DNA of 63,392 nt, filler included, from Collodictyon triciliatum (taxonomy: Eukaryota), in the NCBI GenBank assembly GCA_043381765.1. It is 5 parts of 5 records of this genome, joined end to end, with 100 filler letters (N's around TTAATTAATTAA, not from the genome) between each part and the next. Parts side by side here need not be neighbours in the genome. Positions count along the whole stretch, not along the records: positions 44,799 to 60,133 come from JBHJMP010001685.1; positions 60,234 to 63,392 come from JBHJMP010001811.1; 3 more parts are not named here. The stretch is one strand, 5' to 3'. Under the pieces are notes generated by a model that saw only the letters and a program-made list of their open reading frames with translations, was not told the origin of the DNA and did no database searches. Below are positions 51,237 through 63,392 of the stretch, piece by piece (the first letter of the stretch is position 1; the number at the start of each line of letters is the position of its first letter). Both the position numbers and the translations under genes were made by a program.

Positions 51237-54200
51237 CTAAAGGCACTGCAAAATTAAATAAAAGAAATAAAATTTACCGATGTAAGAATATAGTCCATCA
51301 TAGCCGCATCAATCTCCTGAGGTTCCCTAACTTCCTTGCTTTTCTCCACCGAATGAGATTTATACGTAGCTATATCTTGTATTGGCTGAAAGTAATGCGG
51401 GACACACGTCGAGCTGTGACCTAAGAACGCGCATAGAAGATACTGTCATTTGTAATTCATTTATGATAGCAACGTAATAACATAAAAAAAAAAAAGTAGG
51501 AAAGACAAAGAAAAGACAGTAATATTCTTCATACAAACCTGCGCCAATTACGACGATGGCCTCCCCCACAGTAAACTCGATTTCTGGTTGCTTGTGATTT
51601 GACAGCTTAAAGAGCCAGTCCAATGTTACCCGACGCAAGTCCTCATCGTAATCTCCAAGACATAAATTACCAAGAGCAACCACAGCAACTTCAACAGTCT
51701 GATAGAGTTAAGCGCGAAACAAAATGAAAGTTTATATACACGCCAGAGAATAATTTATCTTCTATAAAATCAACCACTGATACGGAAAAATTAAATAACC
51801 ATGAAAGTGAATTGCCTTATGATCCTTGCTTTCGAATAGCGCAAGAAGTCTTTGCATAATATCATTTCTGGAGGGAATTTTGATGGCACTCCAAGGGTTA
51901 CTGGACGACATGTTTGTTTCTTCAGTCGGTAGGCGACCGTATCGACCCAAGGTACCGAAAGCCTACCCAATAGACCATTTTCATTTAAAGTATCAAACGA
52001 TACGAATATATGTAGAGTATAAGGGATATTAAACAGAATATTGATTGCGATGATTTATCGATCGTAATATTGATGTGAAATTCTGGTGCTTGTTCCAACC
52101 ATGGCAGATGCCAAGATAATCGTCTGCGAGCCACTCATTAAAGCTTTGTACAGCAGAGCCAGTGATTTTGAGGTATCCTGATGAGAGTATGCAAAGAATA
52201 TTTTTATTAGAAATTGTGACACTGGTGTGTTTTTTGATCAGAGAAAAATCCAAAAAAAAAAATCATGTTACCAGATGTGTTCGGTTCCCATAATTAATTT
52301 GTCCTACGAGAAAACCAAGAGCCAAGCATGTCCCGTGCAATATCTAGGAGAGAAGTAATCTAAATTAAGTGCTTGCGCTGCGTTCATGTGTGACTTAAGC
52401 AACAGGCATTGTACTTTGATGATTAGCAAATGACACCAAAATTGTGAAACTACTCTGGAGCACAAATACTACAATGAACTTACGTTAAAAGAGAGAAAGA
52501 GAGAAAGAGAGAAAGAGAGAAAGAGAGAAAGAGAGAAAGAGAGAAAGAGAGAAAGAGAGAAAGAGAGAAAGAGAGAAAGAGAGAAAGAGATAAAGAGAGA
52601 AAGAGAGAAAGATCGAGATGTACACTATATTGATTAAAGCAAATAATACCTCGGGCGCAACTTTTTCTACATCGGTAGTATCCACAAATTTGTGTACCGT
52701 GTCCAACACTTCGACAATTTGAGAATCAGACATATGGCCGGCAAGAAATCCAAGAAAATGTGCCGTTATTTCCCTATATAATTTTATGTGACATTAATTA
52801 ACCCAATACTACCAGAAATAATAACGGAGATATTAAGGAAATTATTAGAAGGTGAGGTGTTCTCAGAAAGAAATGGTAGAATGCAGAACCTGGTGTCTTG
52901 ATGGTGATGATGAAGAAAGGGGATAAAATCTTTGTAGTTGCTAGCATACTAAAAACAAATAATCATAACAATATAACTACAGCTCTCATTAATTAACGAT
53001 AGCGACAGTAAATATTGATAAAAGCCCGAAATAAAATAAATAAAATGATAGATTAAAAAAAACCTTTTCAGCAATCCAACTCGGAACATGAGAAATCAAA
53101 GAGAGTAATCCACACATCGCGGCAAAATGTGAAGAACTTGATAAAGATGGATTCAACCCGTCTTTCAGCAAAACCTTTCGAAAAGAAAACTTCATACTTA
53201 AGTTGATGTCTGTATCATGATTGCAATTCTATCGAACATGGTGTGAGAATTATGCAAGCAAAATCCTTGAAAGGGTATGCATGAGTGACTACCTCATAAC
53301 ACGCAAGACCGTCTGCCGTAGAGTGCTCTGTTTCTACTGCTGCCCGAGATATTTGCATCAAATAATCTCCGATTGACTGCTCTTTGTTAAGCGCAGTGTG
53401 TTGTAAACATCGAAGTAGAAATTGGAGGATAGAAGAGTACACAACACTAGAAAATGGCATTTTGGCCTGGACATGCAATCTATATATAAAAAGTCAGATG
53501 AAATTGGTCCATATGAGTTTGATATGAACCAAAGTAAATGAGAAGTAGAGTCGCACGATTCCTCAAGTAGAATTTTTTTTTGGTTTGCAATCTTGTTGAT
53601 GCATATACTGATGCTCGAGAATTCAGGAAGCTTCTCTATATTAATTATAAAATATAATATTATTCAGATGTGCTGCATACGGATTCTAAAAGTGCTTATC
53701 CTTAATAAGGAAGCATATTTATAATTAAGGGAGAGGCATTTTATCAGACACCTATAATAAGCCCTTTGTTTGCTTCGTCTCTGATGTCATGCCGCTCATC
53801 GTCAGTTAAGAGAAGAGATATTGCTGACCGGATTTCAGAGTCCTCCTCCAAAAGCCTTTTTGATGTAGTGATAACGCTGAACCGGACAGTGTGGTTTGCC
53901 TTGAGAGTGTTGATTTACCAAAAAGGTTCGTAGAAATGCATTGAACCAAAATATATTTCATCCCAAATACATATCCGTTACTTGTTTTTCTCGCCATTCT
54001 ATCTCCCCCCCCCCCCCCCTCAAAAACTATAAAAGATGTGGAAAAACATTCCTTTCAAAAAAAAAAAAAAGGGGGGAAAATTGTATATTACATGGTCCAC
54101 AAACTCAAGAAGTAAATCTTGAAGTTGACTTTGTAAGAGACCTTTGTTCCCGCGGAAAGCTTCCGAAAGATAACCAATACCTTCCTGTATACTAACCCTA

Positions 54201-56353
54201 ACATTCGAGTCCTCCTAAATGTTGATAATGAGATCATGTCATTACAGAGATAGCAAGGAAAGCATCGACTGGTATTTTAATTATCCGTGCAAAGAAAAAA
54301 AAATCATCGCACAATTGTAAAAGGGAGAGAAGAAAATTTTCAACTGATTTACTTTTTCTAGAGCTTCAAAGAAACGTCTCAGAATTGATATATCTGATGA
54401 AACGAGATCAGGTAATCTCCCACCCAAGTGGCCAACCAACAGATATATTTGACCACGAAAAGAAAACATGTCTTTAGAATCTATGAGTTTTTTTTTTTTT
54501 TTTTTTGTAAAAATAAAAAATAAAATTGAGGCAAATAATTAATTTAGTAGCTATATCAAAGCGTGATACCTGAATGTCTGTATTACTCTGTCAGTAATAT
54601 TAATGAATGCATTCATATAAAGAATTGTTTACTGGGCTACCTGCTTCTGGTGAAACAATCTCAAACAATCGCAGGGCCATGGTTAACAAAACTTTGCCGA
54701 TTGTTTTGAGAGGTTCAAGTGGTGCCTGAGATTAAAAATCGGATTGAAAAAAAATTGAACCGAAGAAACGAAAGAAATTAATATAGGAATAATGGTTTCA
54801 AATAGTAAAAAAAAATCATGAAAAATCATGAAAATCATAAAAAAAAAAATCACTCAATAAATACGATAATGGTATCTTAACCTGGCTAACCATCCAAATA
54901 GCAAAACGAATTCCTTGATGTCGGAGTTTAGAGTTGGACTCAGGACCTTCATAATTCATTGATTTTTAACATGATATCATGGTACATATATTGGTATTCA
55001 AATATGCAGCACAATTTAAGTACTGTAATCAATGATAACTAGGGAGCCTAGGCCAAACAGTTCAATCGCGCACGATTTGACGAGAGGAAAAGGAAATAAT
55101 ACTTGTAGAAAGAAAATTACCGAAAAATGTATCTCGAATGACCATAATTGCAAACGAGATTAGATTGGTGCTCAATTTTGACTTTAATAAGTGTGTGACA
55201 ATCCGAACTTTGACATTGAAATTTGCTCCACGGCGAAGCTGATCGGTTGGAAGATTCAAAATCTTAGCATCGTCACCAAGATAGAGCTTGTACAGTTTTC
55301 TGATCAGCTATCATATCAAGAAATATATACATATCTAATTAACTTGAATGTTCTCTGTTTTATTTTTGGTTTGAAATAAAGCACTTATGAGAATGAAATT
55401 TTGAGAGCAAAGCACTACTTGCATTCATAAATACATATTACTATCTCACACTCAAGGGTTTAACTTTAAAGAAAATATTGATATCGTAGGCGAACCTTTT
55501 CATCCTCATACTCGACGCTCGTCATTTTCTTGACCAAGTCTTCTCCTTTCGAAACGACACTGTGATGAGTGGACCCAGATGCGACGACAAAATGGATGAG
55601 GACTTGATTTGATTCAAAAAGGTTGCTCGAAAGGAACGTAACAAGAGATAGCTGAGAGATACCATACTTTAGCAATACATTTTTTTTTTTAGACCTTCTT
55701 CATTATTGGTAATATTCTTAACATTTAAAATTTCAAGAATTATAGGCAATCATTAGGAGAGTATTTTGATGCGTTGAATGAATTTGGTAATTAAGGAACA
55801 GATATTGAAAAGAGACATAATAACAATAGAACCTTCGCCAGGGTTAATTCTTCTCCTTGGAGAGGTTTTTTTCCCAGGATTTTTTTAAATCGTTCGACTG
55901 ACAGACCAGGTGGGAGAGAGGACCTGTTTCGGGAATTACATTTTTTTTCTCTTTATTCGATCCAAAGTCATGAATTTATTGCTAATTATAATCACTATTA
56001 TGTCATGCTACAAAGTTAATTATGAAATTGTGTATCCTGATATGGTCCATTGAAATTTATGCTTTTAAAAAAAAAAACAATAAACATAGCCCCTAAAATG
56101 GCGAAAGGAATTTGATTAATAAATGTATATCGAGTCGTACTGATTGATTTCTCCTGTGACCGGAAGATACAAAAGGAAATCGAGTGCGTAATCAAGAAAG
56201 AATGTCACGGTAGATTCATCTCGAACAAAGGGATATAGTTGGATGCTGTCTTCTTTCTCTTTCGGAATTGTAGCATACTGAAGAGTCTGTTCACAACACG
56301 AACAAAACAACAAAAGCTAAGTAATTGATGATCCTTTGGTAGTATTTTGTAGC

Positions 56354-56452
<99 letters not shown>

Positions 56453-57389
56453 TAGCACTACCGGAATAATCAACTGCATTAAAGTGTCCTTTTGGATAGT
56501 ATTCCCGTTTGATAAAGCGAGAAACAGTTGCGGAATGAGCAGTCCATATGACTACGCATACAAAACAACGAAAGAGGATTTAGACATATTTTTAGATCGC
56601 TGCATCACGATGTTTTGATTTTGTTACCTCAGCAGTGCAGCGATTGTAACCAAGTTCTATGAGGATTAATGTAAAGGACTTCACCAACGGTGGTGATTGG
56701 GTATCATTTAGAAGAATGACTAGATCTCGAACTGGAAGTTTGATTGATTCATCTGACTTGAAACGCTTGCTTAGGTGGGTGATGATTTCAGAAACCTGCG
56801 CGAGTTTCGAATGCGGTGTAAGGAACCAAGAGGAAAATAATTGTAATGAATTAAGCATTTAAGTATACTATATCTTACCTAGAGCTTAATAAACACAGTC
56901 AATATGTTATTATGATAATTGAAGGAGTCTTTCAACAGTTATTTCATAGGAAATGTGATAATAATAAATTGATGCATATGCCTTCTTGTGTACGACACTA
57001 TGGGGTGACGCAAGTTTAACGAGACAAGGAACCAGAAACCTAACAGGATGTATGCGTGTTGTTGTACAAGAAACGGGTTTTGGTTATGGTATGAATTGTA
57101 GTATATTTGAGATATATAGCTGGGGCGTACGATATACAATATATATAATATATAAGAAGCGTTTTATTAGATAATCCATACTTCTCCATGACAGCAGTCA
57201 GGGTGGCATCCGTTGCTGAGATGAAGCGGAGCAGCACTTTGTCTAGCCTGGGTATTTTAGAAAGTCATTTCAAGTTTCGCTGATATTTTAATATCGTCGC
57301 TTTTTGGAACCATACCACAAAGACATCATTTTTGTAATAGTAAATACGTACAATTCGATGTCTTTAGCTGGAGCAGAATCTGTCGCCAT
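44937..57389 (-). CDS. ECM29: Proteasome adaptor and scaffold ECM29 (HEAT repeats), ~40 exons; 3' end at contig break
   Basis: [132 protein letters not shown]. Confidence 0.92.
47051..47250. repeat. Intronic 13-bp (ACCACACATAATA) x~8 followed by (AATAAC)n-like repeats
   Basis: Direct observation. Confidence 0.9.
48285..48393. repeat. (CATA)n intronic microsatellite
   Basis: Direct observation. Confidence 0.95.
52488..52610. repeat. (AAAGAGAG)n intronic microsatellite
   Basis: Direct observation. Confidence 0.9.
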
Positions 57390-57966
57390 CTGGGTAAGAA
57401 GTCAAGCAGGGTCCTGCGGGTACTTTTAAGGTAGCTTATCATACATGAGAAAAAAGCAGTTAATTAAGAGCGACAGGAGAGAGAAAAGAGAAAAAAAGGG
57501 AAAGAAAGGAAAGAGAAATGAATAGTAAAAGAGAAAAAGGGAAAAGGAGAAAAAGAAAAAGAAAAAAGAGAAAAGAGAAAAGAGAAAAAGAGAAAAAGAG
57601 AAAAAAAGGGAAAGAAAGGAAAGAGAAATGAATAGTAAAAGAGAAAAAAAGGGAAAAGGAGAAAAAGAAAAAGAAAAAAGAGAAAAGAGAAAGAAAAAGA
57701 AAATCATGAACTGAGAAGGCTGAATCAAGCACACTGGGGCCTCACAACAAGTACTCCTGATCAGATCGCCAATGTTCAGCAGAGCAAAGCCACTCCCAGT
57801 CTTTATAGCCTCCGTCGCGAATATTCTTTCTACAGATCCGATCTGATAGAAGTGTTCGAATCGAAGGCTTCGACGAATTTACTCTATTTTGTTTTTTTCC
57901 AGAAATGGATAGAATGGTAAAATCGTAGTGAATATTGATACCATGCGTTCTGTTTATTCGATGGCA

Positions 57967-58085
57967 CTAGCAGGAGAATACGAATCTTCCGGTTGGCAAG
58001 CTTGGTGCGCTAGTATCCAAGGTCTCACCACTTTTTTCACAAAGATTGTGTAGTGGTGAAGCCTGCCATGAAAGACCCGACAACC
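57967..58085 (-). ncRNA. Candidate Fanzor omegaRNA scaffold, copy B
   Basis: Minus-strand pairings: UCACCACU/AGUGGUGA enclosing CACAA/UUGUG; GGUC(U)/(A)GACC; terminal ACUAGC/GCUAGU; a crossing 10-bp UGGCAGGCUU/AAGCUUGCCA. Confidence 0.68.
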
Positions 58086-58091
58086 TGTTTT

Positions 58092-59975
58092 TTAGAAGAA
58101 GGTGTATGCATTTTTTTGAAGGATTAAAACAACTTTCTTGAGTATATTATTAGCGCTGATAAAGTCCTTTGTCAAGAATACACTTTGTTTGCTTTCTAAG
58201 CGATTGCATCCTTTACATATGAGACATCTGTACAACATTTTTTGAATTTCCTTTCAGTTTCATATATTCCAGTTCTTTTTTCGCAGTTGCAGCACATCTT
58301 GGATGTTCTAAATAATCTACATTAACTGGTTCAAAACTTTTGGGTAGTATTTTTTGTAATCATCCTCTGATTGTTGGCATAAAATGTTTCATCGGATATT
58401 TTCTGCTCCAGTCTCCATACGCCAGTACGACATCCTTGCCAAATGTCTTTTCGATTCGGTCCATAAACAATTCTTCACTTCTTTTTGTATTGACATACTT
58501 TCTCCATCTCATCTTTCGAAAAGTTACTTGTTCATAAAATCTGGAGAATTCTATCTGGAATCTTGATTTCATAGATACATATTTCCGAAATTATTCATAA
58601 TCGACCGTGCATGAATTATGTTTACTCAGTCCTGTCTCTAAATCGATTAAAGATACTCCTGGTGTCTCAAACTGCTGATTCCCATCAAAAGTCTTGGCAC
58701 CAAAAGAAACAACTCTTTGTAAACATGTTGCCATGCATAACCCTGAAAACTTGTACTTTTCTTTTTTTTCTCGCGCAAGAGTATTTTGTGATTTTCAAGA
58801 GATTCGCTATCATGTCTTCATTGATGTGCTGTGTGACATAATTTCTTACCTGTCTCATCCACATGTAAACGAAATTAAACTTGCCTGCGTCCACCCCAAC
58901 TATTTTTTTTTCGCTAATAAAGATAACTGCTCTTCGGAACTTTCATTTTTTTAAACATATTCTTGGTATTTTGATTTTTTTTGGGCTTTGAATTTGAATA
59001 CCTTTTTTTTTCAAACAATAATGACACCGCCAAGCCGTCTGTTTGTATCACGTATTTAAAATTGTAGTCTGTTTGATGAAAGGCCCTCTTCTTCATTTCA
59101 AAGAACTTATTCCATAGGGGCTCTTTGCATCCTGATATATTATTCAGTAATGATGTTTTTCCAGATAATACTAATAGACCTATCAAACATGCAGTATCTA
59201 GAGTAATATGACCCGGTGTATTGTTAGTTCTTATAGAGATTGGTTGAAACAGTTTGGTTCCAATGTCCTCAAAAATGCGATTCATGTTAACCAGACATGG
59301 AATGTACTTATTTTGATAGGCTTTGACGTCATATTCGATAATATTTACAATGTCGCTGGGAATAATATGATGCAAATGCATTTTAGCCCATTATTTATAT
59401 TGTTCCGGTATACATAGTTTCTTGAATATGGCTTTTTTTTAACTTTCGTAACTCCGCCTTTTAATAGCTCCCGTAATATTCTCATCTTTAGGAACTGTTT
59501 GATTTATAAAGCGCAGTAACCTTTTTACAAAATTTTCCTTAATGTTATTATGATAAGCTGTTAACATTTGCTTCACCAAGTACAGTAATACACGAGACAG
59601 TCCGACCAACGGAAAGCATTCTTCTCGGGACAAAAGGAGTCAAAAATCATTGAGATAAAAAGTCATCATGTCATCACTCATATCTGTATGTTTTAAACTT
59701 GCGGGTCTATCTTGTGAAGCTACTCCGACTGTCTTTAAAGCGTACAAAAAAAAAACCATTTCATCGATTGTTGGGGGTTGTTGTGATTTCAAGGTGTAAC
59801 ATCTTGCAAACAGATAAGTGTCGGTAACCAAATTATAATGCAATAAAACCGTATCGTTGATTTTGTCATAGTCATCCGCATTTTTTATAACCGACTTTGG
59901 AGATGTTTTCACATTTCGATAGTCTGGTTTTACAGACATTAGATTCTCAAACTCAAGACGTTTTCTTTTCTTCAT
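58092..59975 (-). pseudogene. Fanzor1 (eukaryotic TnpB) RNA-guided nuclease pseudogene, copy B
   Basis: ORF fragments MKKRKRLEFE.., MLTAYHNNIKENFVKR, IQTDGLAVSLLFEKK, IVGVDAGK, FRKMRWRKYVNTKRSEELFMDRIEKTFGKDVVLAYGDWS..MKHFMPT, VDxFRTSKMCCNC, CLICKGC, TKDFISANNI; frameshifts mostly at homopolymers. Confidence 0.88.
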
Positions 59976-60233
59976 CTGAAAGTCTTTGTTCTACTTTTTC
60001 CTTTAGAAAGCTACCGAGTTTTCAATTTTAAAAAAACTTCAGTCAATCAACCAATATAATAAATAAACAAAAAAAAAAAAAAAAACTGCACAAAATCAAT
60101 TTATGTAAAACTAAGCATCTACCAAAATTCTCANNNNNNNNNNNNNNNNNNNNNNNNNNNNNNNNNNNNNNNNNNNNTTAATTAATTAANNNNNNNNNNN
60201 NNNNNNNNNNNNNNNNNNNNNNNNNNNNNNNNN

Positions 60234-60291
<58 letters not shown>

Positions 60292-61160
60292 AAAAGAAAA
60301 AGAAAAAAGAAAAAAGGAAAAGGAAAAGGAAAGGAAAAAAGAAAAAGAAAAGAAAAGAAAAGAAAAGAAAAGAAAAAGAACATGAAAAAGAAAAAGGAAA
60401 AGGAAAGGAAAAAGAAAATGAAAAGGAATAAGAAAAAGAAAAGGAAAAGGAAAAAGAAAAAGAAAAAGAAAAAGAAAAGAAAAGAAAAGAAAAGAAAAGA
60501 AAAGAAAAAGAAAAAGAAAAGGAAAAAGAAAAGGAAAAAGAAAAGGAAAAAGAAAAGGAAAAAGAGAAGAAAAAGGAAAAAGAAAGAAAAGGAAAAAGAA
60601 AGAAAAGGAAAAAGAAAGAAAAGAAAAAAAGAAAGAAAAGAAAAAGAAAAAGAAAAGAAAAAAGGAAAAAGAAAAGGAAAAAGGAAAAGGAAAAAGAAAA
60701 GGAAAAAGAAAAGAAAAAGAGAAGAAAAAGGAAAAAGAAAAAGAAAAGGAAAGGAAAGGAAAGGAAAAGAGAAAATGAAAAGAAACGGAATAAGAAAACG
60801 AAAAGGAAAAAAAGAAAAGAAAAAGAAAAGAAAAGGAAATAAAGAAAAAGAAAAAGGAAAAGAGAAAGAGAAAATGAAAAGAAAAAAGAAAAAGAAAAGA
60901 AGAAAAGGAAAAAGAAAAGGAAAGGAAAGGAAAAGGAATAAGAAAAAGAAAAGAAAGAGAAAATGAAAGAAACGGAATAAGAAAACGAAAAGGAAAATAA
61001 AAAAAAGGAAAAGGAAAGGAAAAGAGAAAATGAAAAGAAAAAGAAAAAGGAAAAAAGAAAAGAAAAGGAAAAAGAAAAGAAAAAGCAAAAGGAAAAAAGA
61101 AAAGAAAAGAAAGAGAAAATGGTGAAATGAAAAATGAAAAAGAAAAGAAAAGGGTGAAAT
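60234..61160. repeat. ~930-bp polypurine low-complexity tract (AAAAG/GGAAAA)
   Basis: Almost exclusively A/G on the plus strand; produces spurious F/S/L- and K/R/E-rich ORFs. Confidence 0.95.
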
Positions 61161-61231
61161 GACAAAACAATAAATGCAGGCCAGGAAAAGAGGGAATGAT
61201 GTTACGAAAATAATTTCTGTTTGTGATTGCT

Positions 61232-63061
61232 TCATGAAGCTGGCCACTCTTTTGGCGGCTTCCAGAAGGGGATGGTGGAAAGGCACATCATGGCAAGCGC
61301 AATCAGGGTGGTGAATGACACCGCTTTCATATTTTTTGCTGGCCCCAGATTTTTCTTGACCTTCATATCCATGCCATAAAAGTAGTGCTCCAACGCTATG
61401 GAGAACAACTGGGTAATAATTTCCAACACCAGCTGAGCAAATAAGCCGAACCCCATGGCACTGGCACTTCGCGTAGTTTGAAATGTCATATACTGTCGTA
61501 TGGGTTGACACAAAAATAGAATCAGCGTTGTAAAGAAAATAAATTGAATTTCCATCATGCACAGAAAATATGCTCTATTAGTTCTATAGGAAATGACATA
61601 ATCGGTTATTGAGTTTTTCGTATTTAAATCATTCAAAAAACGCCTGATGCCATCTATGCTCATGTGAAGCTCAACAGAATCGTGCGGATATTGAAGATTC
61701 GAGGTTTCTGCTTCCGGTGCGGAGGCGAGCTGCCCTTGGGGAAATACTTCATCGAGTGGAATAGTTTTCCTTTTGAATACACCCGGTACATAATCTTTCT
61801 TCTTTAGAGCCAGAAAGATTTTCATTGAATAAACAGCACGCAAGACAAAGGATGAGCGGAAAATAATTTCAAAAAAGCCAGAGGAGATAGACATCACCAA
61901 TGTGTCGTGGATGTGACGGGAATCGGTAATCATGAATCTCAGGATTGCAAGAAATGTGAAATTCAGTATGTTGCTCAAAAGAATCCGGTATTTCAGATCA
62001 GCTTTCGACTTGTATATTAGGAGACTATTGTGGTATGTGTCAACAACGTTGAATAGGAACGGTAATATTATGACCCTGCCTGCAATTCTAGTGATGATAC
62101 TTGATTTCATAAAAAAAAGGTATAAAATGATAGACGGAGAAGTAGTAAACAAACATAAATGGAACCAGGCCCTTAAACAAAGCTGTTGGTGTCCCATCAG
62201 AAGATAAAAGCAAGTAGCGTGCATCTCTATCTCTTGCTTCGGCAGCTTTAATTTTTGCATGTGTCCGCACGTTTCTCACTAAGAGGTAAAACATCAGAAG
62301 AAATAAAGCATGACAAAAAGATGCCACAAAATTTACACGAAAAACTGTCCCAAATGTGAAACATGTTGTGTGAGCTACAAAAAATGGTGCTACAATCATG
62401 TATGTTAAGGGTTTTGTTCTTGCAAAACCGAAATTGTAGTTGAAGATAATTACAACCACCAGATAAAGCGCCAGAGTAAGAATGCTGCTCGATAACAAGT
62501 AGAAAAGCATCACATTTCGTGAATTACCATAGAAAAACCAGGTCGCTCCATAAATCGATATGGTAATTGTGATCGGCACACAACCGAGTATAATGGATTG
62601 TAACGTGAGCCAGTAAACTGTACATGCTGCGTATGAAAGTGATTTTCTCATATTGGATGTATTTAGAGGATGTATCAATGAAGTTCGACGTTCTTCATTC
62701 CGATGAGCTCTTGAATTAACCTTGTGGGGGGTAGTGGGTTGCAATACATGTGTTTTTGAGAACGAAGTTGTAATGAAAAGACTCTGACTAATTTCTTCCT
62801 TCATGTTGTCTTTTTGAAACGATTCGTTCTTGGTGTCTCCTTCAGACTTTGCTCCAATTTCAGTGCTTCGAACTGTTTTGGATGGAGATGGATGGACAGG
62901 AACCTCTAGATCATCAATTACGAGCTTTTCAATAACAGCTTCGCGATCACGCTCATTTTTTTCGGTTTCCATGGGTGTTCCTCTATTTCGATCAACCGAT
63001 TCAGGCAACGGTGTTCTACCTTCTGCTGCGTTAGTCGTTGTGTGTTTGGTCGAACTCGTAT
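61232..63061 (-). CDS. Hypothetical multi-pass membrane protein, terminal exon split by a 1-nt frameshift near 62111-62118
   Basis: ORFs 62088-63008 and 61232-62260 join into one TM-rich frame (..HFIPFF|MKSSIITRIAGR..) if the T8 run were T7; acceptor ATAG near 63062; gene continues off the window. Confidence 0.65.
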
Positions 63062-63392
63062 CTATTATTTTTAAAAGAAAAAAGACAATCGATTCGATTT
63101 TTGGGTTTTCTTCAGTATGGGAGAGTCATTTGGCTTTTGTTTTTTGTTTTTTTTGTTTTTTTGTTTTTTTGTTTTTTTTGTTTTTTTGTTTTTTTTGTTT
63201 TTTTGTTTTTTTGTTTTTTTGTTTTTTTTGTTTTTTTGTTTTTTNNNNNNNNNNNNNNNNNNNNNNNNNNNNNNNNNNNNNNNNNNNNNNNNNNNNNNNN
63301 NNNNNNNNNNNNNNNNNNTTTTTTTTTATTTTTTTTTTTTTTTTTTCTCTTTTTTTTTTTCTTTTTTCTTCTTATCTAAACAACAATGGTTT

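Larger units (their letters stand above)
57967..60133 (-). mobile_element. Fanzor1-carrying non-autonomous element, copy B (left end runs into gap)
   Basis: Homologous to 31854-33983 along its whole visible length; right end ...CCTGCTAG|T at 57967; sits ~580 bp upstream of the ECM29 ATG. Confidence 0.85.

Noticed and set aside
543-57389. Two proteasome-related genes (PSMG3 and ECM29) as a functional cluster
   Set aside because: They are >40 kb apart and separated by artificial contig linkers.
60178-61170. Long F/S/L-rich and K/R/E-rich ORFs
   Set aside because: Translations of a polypurine low-complexity tract.

Overview
Eukaryotic (protist-like) draft-assembly DNA: intron-rich genes with AT-rich GT-AG introns, many microsatellites and N gaps. 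Four N-TTAATTAATTAA-N spacers (~15404, ~30860, ~44743, ~60178) look like artificial contig linkers, so adjacency across them is not trustworthy. Recognisable genes: a lipocalin-like fragment, proteasome assembly chaperone 3, tRNA-Ala(UGC), a degenerate PEPCK-like protein, an ACT-domain TKL kinase, an LRR-RING-Bbox-coiled-coil-NHL protein, ERGIC3/Erv46, class I DAHP synthase, a PPP phosphatase with EF-hands, a C2-domain fragment, ECM29 and several unknown membrane proteins. The most notable element is a pair of homologous, decayed ~2.1-kb elements (31854-33983 + and 57967-60133 -) encoding a Fanzor1-type (eukaryotic TnpB, RuvC + Zn-finger) nuclease. Each is followed by a conserved, foldable ~115-nt 3' region (candidate omegaRNA) that ends at CTAG|T, after which the flanks diverge as expected for a guide segment. 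All protein family calls come from manual translation and motif recognition; no database search was run.
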